From positions 74,422,965 to 74,486,964 of the forward strand of contig NC_057719.1 in assembly GCF_004010195.1 (NCBI RefSeq): 64,000 bases of DNA. The letters are read 5' to 3'. The DNA is from Chiloscyllium plagiosum (taxonomy: Eukaryota). The notes beneath the pieces are model-generated. The model saw only the letters and a program-made list of their open reading frames with translations. It did no database searches and was not told the origin of the DNA. Positions 52,831-64,000 of the stretch are shown in pieces (the first letter of the stretch is position 1; every line of letters begins with the position of its first letter). Both the position numbers and the translations under genes were made by a program.

Positions 52831-54327
52831 TTGTTTGTTTGTTATCCAGGCCAAGCTATAAGAGAGTCTGTCTCTAAGGGAACTGAGGATCATGGGTGAC
52901 AAAAAGGAAAGAGGAGTTGAAGCTATGATTGGATCAACCATGGATGTTGTGAATGACAGAGCAAGCCTGAGGGACTGAATGATCTGTTCCTCCTCTGTTT
53001 TCTTACATTCTTAATCAATTTAAGTATCAGAATAAAATTTTATTCAACTTATATTTCTCTGTGATCCTTGTTTTCTCTTCCGTATTTAATGGAGCTGATA
53101 AATATCTCCCCAGCCCCTCTCATTGCTGCTCCTGAGTTAGAAACATAACCTAGTAGCAGAATTTTTAAAAACATGTTTGAGTCTATTGCTCAGTACCACT
53201 GTTCAGTTCAGTCTTCCATGTTTGGGTCATGTAATTCCTAAGTGGTGACAGTCAGAAATATGTCATTGTTAAATGCTGACTTCGTACACATCAGTTTTAT
53301 TTTCAGCTCCGAGATGCTCTACCTCAATTTGGAACGTTGTCTCAAGAGAGTACTTGCATGGCAAACGCAGCCAGTAACTTCATATCATTAGTCACGGCAA
53401 TATGAACTGATAGAGCACGTTGTATTAAATTTCAAGTGGTTATTACCCTTTATATCCTGCAGCAAGGAACATTTTCATCATTCTCATTACCTAAGGAGCT
53501 CTCTCCAGGTAGAAGGAGGTGTATAAATCTCACTGTGATGTGGAGAGGCAGGGAAAAGGAAAAATTCACTGAAATGTACTAACATTTTCTTGCAACAGTA
53601 GGTTAGCTGTGGGAACTGTTGTATGTTGAAAGGCATTAATGCAGCATGATATTCCAATGTACTTGCTTTTGCTCGTTCAACTGGATTTTCATGTTCAAAT
53701 GTACTCAAGGCAGCGGTTGAAGTTTTGAATTTACTCTACCCCCTTGTTTCCTTTTTCTCAGCTCTCCTGGGCTTTTAACATCAATTACATTACTGTCCAA
53801 AACAAAAGCACACTTACCTTGAGTCACAATGACAGGAATGGAACAGAAATAAAAGAACGAGGCTGGTAGGTATAGGGAGTGCTGGATGGCGAGAGAAATT
53901 GAGGTTTTGCTTAAGAAAAAGAAGAACACCTATGTCAGGTATGTACAGCAGAGTTTGAGTGAATCCTTAGAATATAAAGGCAGTAGGAGTATACTTAAGA
54001 GGGAAATCAGGAGGGCAAAAAGGGGACATGAGATAGCTTTGGCAATAGGATTAAGGAGAATCCAAAGGGATTTTATCAATACCTTAAGGACAAAAGGGTA
54101 ACTAGGGAGAGAAAGATCAGCAGGGCCAGCTCTGTGTGGAATGATAGGAGATGAAGGAGATACTAAATGAGTATTTTGCATCAGTGTTTACTGTGGAGAG
54201 GACATGAAAGATACAGAATGTGGGGAAACAGATGGTGACATCTTGAAAAATGTCCATATTACAGAAGAGGAAATGCTGGATGTCTTAAAAGGCATAAAAG
54301 TGGATAAATCCCCAGGACCTGATTAGG

Positions 54328-54422
54328 GCTTCCTGAAGAAGGGCTTATGCCCGAAACGTCGATTCTCCTGTTCCCTGGATGCTGTCTGACCTGCTGCGCT
54401 TTTCCAGCAGCACATTTTCAGC
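54328..54422 (+). mobile_element. 95-bp PLE family A solo terminus inserted into a CR1 LINE
   Basis: Interrupts CR1 sequence; flanked by cctgattagg (54318-54327) and cctgatcagg (54423-54432). Confidence 0.85.
54331..54362 (+). ncRNA. Minimal type-I hammerhead ribozyme motif, core intact (family A)
   Basis: CTGAAGA (54333-54339)-a-gggc(ttat)gccc-GAAAC-GTC (54358-54360); palindrome ACGT replaces helix III; helix I only ~2 bp. Confidence 0.75.
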
Positions 54423-56036
54423 CCTGATCAGGTGTACCCTGTGGGACGCTAGGGCCCCTTGCTGAGATATTTGTATCCTTGATACTCACAGGTGAGTTGC
54501 TGGAAGACTGGATGTTGGCTAATGTGGTGCCAGTATGTAAGAAAGGTGGTAAGGAAAAGCCAGGGAACTATAGACCAGTGAGCCTGACGTCAGTGGTGGG
54601 CAAGTTGTTGGAGAGAATCCTGAGGGACAGGATTTATATGCATTTGGAAAGGCAAGGACTGATTAGGGATAGTCAACATAACTTTGTACATGAGAAGTCA
54701 TGTCTTATGAACTTGATTGTTACTCCTTCAAAAAACTCAAAGAGGATTGATGAGGGCAGAGCAGTAGATGTAATCTATATGGACTTGAGTAAGGCATTCG
54801 ATAAGGTTCCCCATGGGAGACTGGTTAGAAAAGTTAGATCTCATGGAATACAGGGAGATCTAGCAATTTGGATACAGAACTGGCTTGAAGGTAGAAGATG
54901 AGTGTGGTGGTGAAGGGTTGCTTTTCAGATTAGAGACCTGTTACCAGTGGTGTGCCACAAAGATCAGTGCCTGGTCTGCTGCTTTTTGTAATTTATATAA
55001 ATGATTTGGATGTGAACATGGGAGATATAGTTAGTAAATTTGCAGATGCCACCAAAATTGGAGGTGTAGTGGACAGCAAAGAGTCCAACAGGATCTTGAT
55101 CAGATGGGCCAATGGGCTGAGGAATGGCAGATGGAGTTTAATTTAGATAAGTGTGATGAGCTGCATTTTGGGAAAGCAAATCAGGGCAAGGTTTACACAC
55201 TTAATTGTAAGGTCCTAGGAAGTGTTGCTGAACAAAGAGACCTTGGAGTGCAGGTTCATAGTTCCTTGAAAGAAGAGTAGCAGGTAGATAGGATTGTGAG
55301 GAAATAGAGTATGGCATAGAGTCATAGAGACATAGAGATGTACAGCATGAAAACAGACCTTTCAGTCCAACTCATCCATGCTGACCAGATATCCCAGCCC
55401 AATCTAGGCCCACCTGCCAGCACCCGGCCCATATCCTTCCAAATCTTTCCCATTCATATACCCATCCAGATGCCTTTTAAATGTTGTAATTGTACCAGCC
55501 TCTACCACTTCCTCTGGCAGCCCATTCCACACATGCACCACCCTCTGCGTGAAAACTTCCCTTAGGTCTCTTTTATATCTTTCCCCTCTCACCCTAAACC
55601 TATGCCCTCTAGTTCTGGACTCACCCACCCCAGGGAAAAGACCTTCTCTATTTACCCTCTCCATGCCCCTCATGATTTTATTAACCTCTATAAGATCACC
55701 CTTCAGCTTCTGATGCTCAAGGAAAACAGCCCCAGCCTGTTCAACCTCTCCTGACAGCTCAAATCCTACAACCCTGGCAACATCCTTGTAAATCTTTTCT
55801 GAACCCTTTCAAGTTTCACGACATCCTTTTGTTTCTTGAAAAAGGGGCAGCATGGTGGCTCAGTGGTTAGTACTGCTGCCTCACAGCACCAAGGGTCCAC
55901 GTTCAATTCCAGCCTTGGGTGACTGTCTGTGTGGAGTTTGTACATTCTCCCCATGTCTACATGTGTAAGTCCTGCTACGATTTGCTTTCCCAAAATGCAG
56001 CACCTTGCATTTATCTGAATTAAACTCCATCTGCCA

Positions 56037-56127
56037 CTGAAGAAGGGCTTATGAACGAAACGTTGATTCTCCTGCTCCTCGGATGCTGCCTGGCCTGCTG
56101 TGTTTTTCCAGCACCACATTTTTCAAC
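56037..56127 (+). mobile_element. PLE family A solo terminus with hammerhead whose helix II is disrupted
   Basis: CTGAAGAagggcttatgaacGAAACGTTgattctcctgctcctcggatgctgcc... Confidence 0.8.
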
Positions 56128-56719
56128 TACAGGAATTGGGAGGTCATGTACAGGACATTAGTTGGGTCACTTTTGGAATATTGCGTGCAATTCTGGTCTG
56201 CCTCCTATCGGAAGGATGTTGTGAAACTTGAAGGGTTCAGAAAACATTTTCAAGGATGTTGCCAGGGTTGGAGGGGTTGAGCTACAGGGATTGGCTGAAT
56301 AGGCTGGGGCTGTTTTCCCTGGAGCATTGGAGGCTGAGGGGTGACAGTATAGAGGTTTATAAGATCATGATGGGCATGGATAGGATAAATAGACAAAGTT
56401 TTTTCCCTGGGATGGGGGAGTCCAGAACTACAGGGCATAGGTTTAGGGTGAGGATGAAAGATATAAAAGGGACCTAAGAGGCAACTTTTCCATGCAGAGG
56501 GTGGTGCGCATATGGAATGAGCTGCCAGAGGAAGTGGTGGAGGCTGGTACAATATCAGCATTTAAAAGGCATTGGTTGGGGTATATGAATAGGAAGAGAT
56601 TAGAGGGATATGGGCCAGGTGCTGACAAATGGAACGAGATTAGTTTAGGATATCTGGTCAGCGTGGACATGTTGGACTGAAGAGTCTGTTTCTGTGCTGC
56701 CCATCTCTATGACTCAAAT

Positions 56720-57640
56720 GATTTTAACCATTAACCTGAGCCTGTGACCCCCGTGTCCTAGATCTAACACACAGGTGGAAACATCCTCTCAAGCACCGTC
56801 AGAATCTTTCATGTTTCAATTAGATTATCGTTTATTTTTCTAATCTTCGGTCGCTGTAGACACATTTGACTCATCCTGTCATCACAGAATCCTGCCATGC
56901 CAGAAACTAATTGAGTACCATATCCATACACAATGCATACCCTTCCTTAAGGATGGAGACCAAATCTGCATGCCATACTCCAGATGTGATCTCTCCGTAG
57001 CTTTATACAACCATAACTAGACTTCTTCACTGTACTCCAATTCACTGCCAATAAAGACCAGTATATCATTTGTCCTTCTAATTTCTTGCTGTTCCTGTAA
57101 ACTAATCTCCTGTGTCTCTTGTGCAAGTACACCCAAACTTCTTAATGCCAACAATTAGAAGCTTCCCACCATTTAAAATTATTTTTCTATTCTTTATTCC
57201 AGTGTGAATATCCTCATAGATTGTCTTCTTGTACTCCATCTACCGCCTTACTTTGCAGCCTCTTGCAGCTTGTATTCTCACCAACTTTATAATATCAGCA
57301 AACTTGGATACGACACACTCTCGAGTTGATCTTAGCCCAAAGGCCAAGACGATACTCTCAGTAACTTTGTCTAGTTCATTAATGGAAATTATAAATAGCT
57401 AAGACCCTGACAGTGTTAACTCCTAGCAGCACTCCACTAATTACAACCTGACAACTTGAAGATTCCAACTTTCTGCTCCCTGTCGATTAATCCTTGACCC
57501 TCACCCAAGCAAACTCCATCAAACTTTCTACATGGTACCTTATCATTGAGTGCATTTTGCAAGGCCACCTGCTCCCTTTATATCACCACTAGTTATATTC
57601 TCAAAAATTCAAATAAATTTGTTAAACTCAATTTCCATTA
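56720..57640 (-). mobile_element. Old CR1 fragment; further mixed-orientation CR1 pieces at ~61790-63270
   Basis: Minus strand shows CR1 RT/C-terminal remnants; 62030-62380 is a + strand CR1 tail. Confidence 0.7.
57326..57353 (-). pseudogene. 5'-terminal ~30 nt of U2 snRNA inserted in a CR1 fragment
   Basis: Minus atcgtcttggcctttgggctaagatcaa versus U2 ATCGCTTCTCGGCCTTTTGGCTAAGATCAA; actctc on both sides. Confidence 0.65.
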
Positions 57641-57737
57641 TGTGAAATAATAATAATAATAGACTCTGATTAATACTTTTTCATGATTAATATTAATTAT
57701 CTTAAGTTCTTATTAGTTTCTTGCCTAACCTCCACTT

Positions 57738-58053
57738 CATAGAATCAGTGTGGAAGCAGACCACTCAGCCTATTGAGTCCACACTGACCTCCAAAGAGCA
57801 TACCACGCAGACCCACCCCTATCCCTGTAACCCTATATTTCCCATGGCTAACTCACCTAACCTATACATCCCAGGACACTGTGGGCAATATAGCATGGCC
57901 AATCACCTAACCTGCACATCTTTGGACAGTGGAAGGAAACCGGAGCACCTGGAGGAAACCCACGCAGACACGGGAGAATGTGCAAACTCCACACAGACAG
58001 TGGCCCGAGGGTTGAATCGAACTAGTTTTAACCACTGAGCCACCATGCTGCCA
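57738..58053 (-). mobile_element. HE1-type SINE
   Basis: Head, V-core and tail on the minus strand; a further head fragment lies at 55845-55965 (+). Confidence 0.85.
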
Positions 58054-58490
58054 TGTGGTTTGTGTTGTTGACTGTGAAGACATACAAAACAATTTGTTGA
58101 ATGTTTCTGTCATTTTCTCCTTGCCCATCACAATTTCTCCTGTCTCTGTGTCAGAGGGAGCCAAGAACAGTCATGTTGGAGTTGAAACGTTAACTCTGTT
58201 TTTCTCTTCCATTGATCCCACTAGAGCTGTTGAATTTCTCCAGCACTTTCTGTTTCAGATTTCCAGCATCCACAGTGTTTGGGCATTTAATTCACTGCCG
58301 TTTCTCTTTCAAGCATACTCACCTTGAAGACTTCTCTCCGATGGGATTTCCAATTCAATGTTTTGGTTTGTTCACTTTCATTGTTTTCTATCTCCCTCTG
58401 AGTGTTTCATAAAGTGTTTACGATGAGGGATGGACATCAGAACCAATCTCAATTTGGATTTTTCCCAACAGCATGCCCCAGAATGGTACA

Positions 58491-58990
58491 CAGCTGGCTT
58501 TCACAGCCATAACTCCTTCACCAGTGACTGTCTTAAGATCTGCCTTACCCTGAACAGATTCCAACTCAAGCTCCATCCTTCATGTTTCAAACACAGCCAG
58601 AATCAGAGATATCTCCAAGATTTATACAGCTCCTCAGCCAGCAAATCCCCCCGAACCCAGAGACCCACACGCACTGCCACATGGACACTCTAGACCCCTC
58701 ACCCCATCTGCACTATCTCAAACTATCTCTAAGCTATCATCATCCCCAGTTCCATTTCATTCTTTATCTCATTCAACACTTTAACAAAAAGTTTTTTCTC
58801 TACTTTTCATGAATTCAGGAACGCAAACTCCAAAAGCTCAAGGGCATGCATGAGTTCTGAAGAAGAGCCATACCAGCCTCGAAACATTCTCTCTGATTCT
58901 CTCATCACAGATACTGCCAGACCTGCTGACTTTCTCCAGCAAATTCTGTTTATGTCTCAGATTTCTGGCATCTGTGGTATTTTGCTTCTT
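58491..58990 (+). mobile_element. PLE fragment: ORF N-terminal remnant followed by a hammerhead-bearing terminus (family D)
   Basis: FHSHNSFTSDCLKICLTLNRFQLKLHPSCF resembles the PLE ORF N-terminus; CTGAAGA (58857-58863)-agag...ctc-GAAAC-ATT (to 58888). Related decayed termini near 21365-21495, 23175-23335, 58160-58275 and 61185-61275. Confidence 0.65.
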
Positions 58991-60082
58991 TTTGAGATCA
59001 TGGCTGATCTCCTCAGCTCCCTTCACTTGCCTTGCCTTGACTCCAAGCTTGTTAGTTTCTTCATTTGACAAAACTGCTTTCCCGAAGGCTGAATGTTAGC
59101 TGTCAATAATGCTCCCAACGTGATTCTCTCTGTAGCATGTGTGACGGCAGGAAGTTTGTCCATGAGGGATGGACATCAGGGCCAATCTCAATTTGGACTT
59201 TACCCCAGCGTGCCCCAGAATGGTACATATTTAGCATATCTTTTGGATCATGTTCTGGAGTGAGTACCTGAATATTTTTTATTGCTGTAGTTTTGGAATG
59301 TATGTGAATGCCCTAGTTTGAGATGATCACACAATATAAATTGGACATCAAATCTTCTGACTAATGTGGTTTAAACAGTGAGAAAGCCATCTACTGACTA
59401 ATAGAATCATAGAATCCCTACAGTGTAACATAGAGTCATAGAGGTGGAGACACTGATGAACAGACGAGTACAGAAGAAAAATAAACTCGGTCTGGAAGGC
59501 ACAGTGTCTCTCGTCAGGTTAAGCACAAGGGGGAGCATGCAATGTTGGATAGCATTCATTTTAATCCAAGGAGTCACATTGAGGGTCTTGCTTAACACAT
59601 GGGGGATATGTTGTCATTGCTATCACGGTGACAGGGATGCAAGAGGGACAGGACGGGGAACTTAGAAATTAGACTGAGATCTTGAAGCATAACTGCATCA
59701 GAAAGCTGTTCCTGATCAGTTCATTAATTTAATAAAATCATTTCATTTTGAGATGTAACGGATGTACAGTAATTGCTTAAGCTGTTCCAAAGTAAGCATC
59801 TCTAAGATCTTTTTAAGCTTCAAAATCCATTATGTCCTGTTCATCTAATTCAAGCTTTACTTTAAAACCTTCAAAGGCAAAACAAATACTCAATGTATTT
59901 TTGTACAGTATCCTATTTTCATGAACATGATCAAGCATGATGTTGTGCTATCCCATTATTGTATGACTAGATACTTTCCTGCTGATGATTTAAAGAATGG
60001 TGTACCTCAGTCTGAACTACATTTATGGAGAAAAAAAAAGAGAGAGCTGGAAAAAGCAACTCTGGGTACAAATTAGCTCCAG

Positions 60083-60288
60083 AGTGTGTTGCTGGAAAAG
60101 CACAGCAGGTCAAGCAGCATCCAAGGAGCAGAAAAATCGATGTTTCGGGCCAGAGCCCTTCATCAGGAATTTCTGATGAAGGGCTCTGGCCCGAAAAGTC
60201 AATTCTCCTGCTCCTCGGATACTTCCTGACCTGCTGTGCTTTTCCAGCAACACACTCTCGACTCTGATCTGCAGTCCTCACCTTCTCC
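60083..60288. mobile_element. 206-bp ORF-less palindromic mini-PLE (family A) with back-to-back hammerheads and a perfect 16-bp target-site duplication
   Basis: Arms 60081-60166 and 60173-60258 around gaattt; tacaaattagctccag at 60067-60082 and 60289-60304. Confidence 0.92.
60135..60170 (-). ncRNA. Minimal hammerhead motif (family A), minus strand; partner motif on the plus strand at 60171-60204
   Basis: Minus: CTGATGA-a-gggc(tctg)gccc-GAAAC-ATC. Plus: CTGATGA-a-gggc(tctg)gccc-GAAAA-GTC. Each has one change in the ACGT tetramer. Confidence 0.7.
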
Positions 60289-63200
60289 TACAAATTAGCT
60301 CCAGCACATTCTGAATAGGTTGTTTTTTCATTCTGGAGGCAACAATGGTAATGCACTGGACTAATAATCTAGTGGTCGAGGCTCATGTTTTTGGGACATT
60401 GGTTCAACCACTGGTGGAGTTTAAAGTCAGTTAACAAATCAGGAATATGTCAATGATATTGATCATGATAATGATCATCAATTGTTGGAAAAAACCCATT
60501 CAGTTCACTAATATCTTGGAAGGAAGGGAATCCACAGCCTTAGCCTTCTGAAATGACCTAGTATGCCACTCAATTCAGGTGCAATTAGAGATGGACAACA
60601 AATGGCGGTGCCCACATCCCATTCAAGAATAAAATAAGGTTCTTCATAATCCACACTGTAATCTAATCTAATCTAATCTAATCTAATCTAAACTGTGTTG
60701 TTTAACTGAAACTAAATTTTCTTCAAAAGTTAATTAAATGTATTTGCACTGCTTTCATATCTCATTAATTTCACCACTTCCCCATCCTTTATAGTCATCT
60801 CCATCAGCGGTACCACAAAGTTAACCCATCGTGGTGTGTACATTGTTGCACTGTCAAAAAAAGTGGGAACTCTAACAAATTACCCTTCTGATCACCAATC
60901 CCCCTGAATTGGGTTAACCTTCTGCAATAATTTTGACTAAAAGGAAGTTGCAACGATTGCTGCATGAATTCTCTTCCTTCTCTCCCATTTTAAGTGTTGA
61001 CCTTTTCTCCCCTCCCCTGATAGTGCTAACTCTTGCACAATGATATCACTAAGTGATATTTATTAATCTGGTGTCAAATCGACATGTATAAGATTGAGAA
61101 TAGGCAAGTTTGCATTTGGTCATAGTTAGTAAAGTGACCAGTGATTGGATATTATCACTGTGCCGATGCCTTTTCACTCAATATAAAACAAAATGCAGAA
61201 AATACTCAGCAGGTCTTGAGGCAACTGTGGAGAGTGAAATTGAGTCAATGTTTCAAGCCCACGCTTCTTCATCAAAATATGATCCTCCTTTGCAATTCCA
61301 GAGTTTTAACATTGCCCCAGGTTTATGCCGGTCTTTACAAAATTACATGAGCAGTATTTTAGATGATTTTACAGTGAAATCACATCCAGTTTTAGTGTAA
61401 AGTGTCTCTTTAACTCTAATGAACTTTAGTGCCTAAGGGAACGGCTGTTATATAGAGCTGACTGCTAATCTTACTGTTCTCTTTTTGCATTCTTCCTTTT
61501 CTCCAAAGCACCAGAGTAGTACGATTTCATACATAAGCTGAAAAGGAATCTTAACTACATGAAATCTATTTGAAGTATCAGACTTTCTGTGTAGACAGTA
61601 TTACTTGCCACGGGGAAGACTATTTCCATCCCATTTGCGACTCTTCGGTTTTCCATCTGCAATGAGTTAGAAAACAGACTTGTGGGAATATGTTGCAGAT
61701 TTATTTTACACAAAACAATACTGGGTTTTGTTTAATAACATATTAGAAAACTACAAAAGAACTTAAAAAATAATGCCAGGAATAAAACATCCAGACCTTC
61801 AGGCCTACTGAGCCACTCAATCTTATCTGAGCTGCAACTTTCACTTCATTTCCCATCTCATTCCCACATCACTAGGTTTCCTTAATTCTCAAACATCGAT
61901 CAATGTAAATCTTGGATGCATTTTTGACTGAGGACCTATATACTTTGATATAGAGAACTCCAAAGATTCACAATAGGTTTTGGGAAAACATTTCTCCTCA
62001 TCTTACACAAAACCATTTTATAGTAAGAGCAAAAGGTTTATAAAATCATGAAGGACATAGATAATGTGAATAACAAAGTTCTTTTCCCCAGAGTGGGAGA
62101 CTTCAAAACAATGGGGCATATTTTATGATGAGAGGAAAAATATTTTAAAAGGATATAAGGGGAAATTCTTTACAGAGAGAATGGTTCTTATGTGGAATGA
62201 ATTGGCAGAGGAAGTGGTGGATGCAGGTGCAGTTACAGCATTTAAAAATATTTGGATAAGTAGATGAATAGGAAAGGTTTGGAGGGATATGGGCCAAGCG
62301 CAGACAGGTGGGGCCAGTTTGGTGTGGGAACATGGTTGTCTTGGACTGAAGGGTCTGTTTCCATGCTGTATGCTATGACTATTTCAGTCTTAAATGGCCA
62401 ACCCCTTATGCTGAGATTATGCCCCAGTGTTCTAGACTCTAGAGTCGAGGGAAAACAATTGCTCAGCATCTATCTGGTCAGGCCACCTCATTCATTTACA
62501 AGTTCAACCTTTCATCCTTCTAAACTCCAGAGAATATAAACCTGTTCTACTTATTCTCTCCTCGTAAACCCTCTCATCTCTGGAATCAATTTAACAAACC
62601 CATCATTGTAACCTCTTCAAGGCTAGTACATCCTTCCTGAAGTCAGTAGATCAAAACTGCAGTGATCTCATGAAATGCCTCTTTAATTGCAATAAATCTC
62701 ACTGTTATATTCCAACTCTTTTAACCATTTACTTTATTAATTACTTACTGTATCTGCATGTTAACTTCCTGTGGTTCACAGACAAGGACACCCAAACTCT
62801 TTGAGATACCAAGATTAACTTAATTTTCAACTTTGTAAAAAATATTTTACTTTTCCATTCTTCACAAAGTGGATAGTTTTGCGTTTCCCCTCAGTACAAC
62901 TTTTTTTGCCTAACCATTTAACTAGCCTATGTCCCTTTGTGTACATCTTACAGTTGTCATTCTCACTTAGCTTTGTATCTTTAGCAAGCCTGGGTACATT
63001 ATTCTCAGCCCCCTCATCTAAATAATTGATACTGATTATTGATTATAAATAATTTGATTATAAATAATTTATATATAAATCAATATATGTGTTAATAATA
63101 AACAACTGAGGCCCAAGCATTAATCCCTTTGGATGCAGCTTACCGACACAAAAATGACTTATTTATTCCTATTTACTGTTTTCTGTCTGTCAACCGATAC

Positions 63201-64000
63201 GCAATTCATTATACTGTTGCCTTCAATCATATGAACCCTAACCTTGTTTAACAACTTTACATGTTGCATCTTCTTGAAATACTATGTATCTGCTTTTTCA
63301 TTTGCCCATTTTGTCTAAAGGTTATGCAATTCTAATAGAAATGAGAATGTGCAGTTTCCATATTGGTGACTGATCTATATTGCTGGTGGGCGGCAAGTTG
63401 CAAATCAGCTCCCTTTGCATAGGCCAGAGGAGAGATATTTAATTTTCCCCATCTCTCTCCTCCTTACTCTTACTTGTAGCAGCATCATGCTTCTCTATTT
63501 TCTTTTTAACCCTCTTCCTCTTCATCATTTTAGCTTTTTGCAATAGTCTCATCACTGCTCACACTTTCTAGATCCTAACTTTGAGGTTGAAGATGCTTTT
63601 AGTATTATTCATGGAAAAAGAAGATAGGGCCTAGGCTGATACTTTTAACACTGAGGGAGTACAGTACTCTCAGAGGTGCTGTCTTTTGCGTGTAAATGCT
63701 AAGCACATTATTCTCCTTCCACAGACACTCTCTCCAGGTCTGGTGACCAGCTGAGGGTTCGCTCAATTCAATATTAAACGTGTTAAAGATTAGACCAATG
63801 AGAACAGATCAGGGTCAAGATCTGAGGGTAGATCATCAAACTGATATACTAATCAGTGATTGATTGCTGTCATATTTCTCCTGAAACTGATAACAGTCTT
63901 GGGAGTTTGCACATGTGCAGAATTACATGGAAATCCATAAGTTGGGTCGACCAACATATCCTCTCAGGTGGACAAAGCATAATCGAGTCATACGTCATGG

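Larger units (their letters stand above)
53835..56715 (+). mobile_element. HER1-like CR1 ORF2 (RT and 3' end) with nested insertions, including an inverted CR1 3' end at ~55315-55810
   Basis: PGNYRPVSLTSVVGKLLE, DVIYMDLSKAFDKVPH, YINDLD...KFADATK. Confidence 0.93.

Noticed and set aside
54479..55146. Active reverse transcriptase gene
   Set aside because: CR1 ORF2 is broken by stops, frameshifts and insertions; no intact autonomous element in the window.
59967..60281. Mirror-image ORFs on both strands (ECVAGKAQQV...DEGLWPE)
   Set aside because: Consequence of the DNA palindrome, not protein coding.

Overview
Vertebrate genomic DNA, almost certainly from a shark or other elasmobranch (inferred from HE1-type V-SINEs, HER1/CR1 LINEs and SacSINE1-type DeuSINEs). 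The only host gene I can support is the 3' part of DCAF5 (WDR22) on the + strand: three spliced coding exons (20577-20643, 29908-30035, 36270-38123) with consistent phases. The upstream exons lie before the window. The rest is intron, 3' UTR and intergenic DNA dominated by decayed CR1/L2/RTE LINEs, SINEs, three TA-flanked Tigger/pogo-like DNA elements and many Penelope-like (PLE) fragments. The most striking signal is that the PLE-derived short repeats carry minimal hammerhead-ribozyme cores (CUGANGA-helix II-GAAA-palindromic tetramer-NUH) in at least three sequence families. Several occur as short, ORF-less palindromic elements with a hammerhead on each strand, flanked by 8-16 bp target-site duplications. 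Other oddities: a 157-bp decayed copy of DCAF5's last coding exon in the preceding intron, a ~430-bp fold-back palindrome, a LINE whose 5' end matches a tRNA-headed SINE, and U2 snRNA and 5S rRNA fragments. Repeat family names come from recalled consensus sequences, not database searches, and repeat boundaries are approximate.
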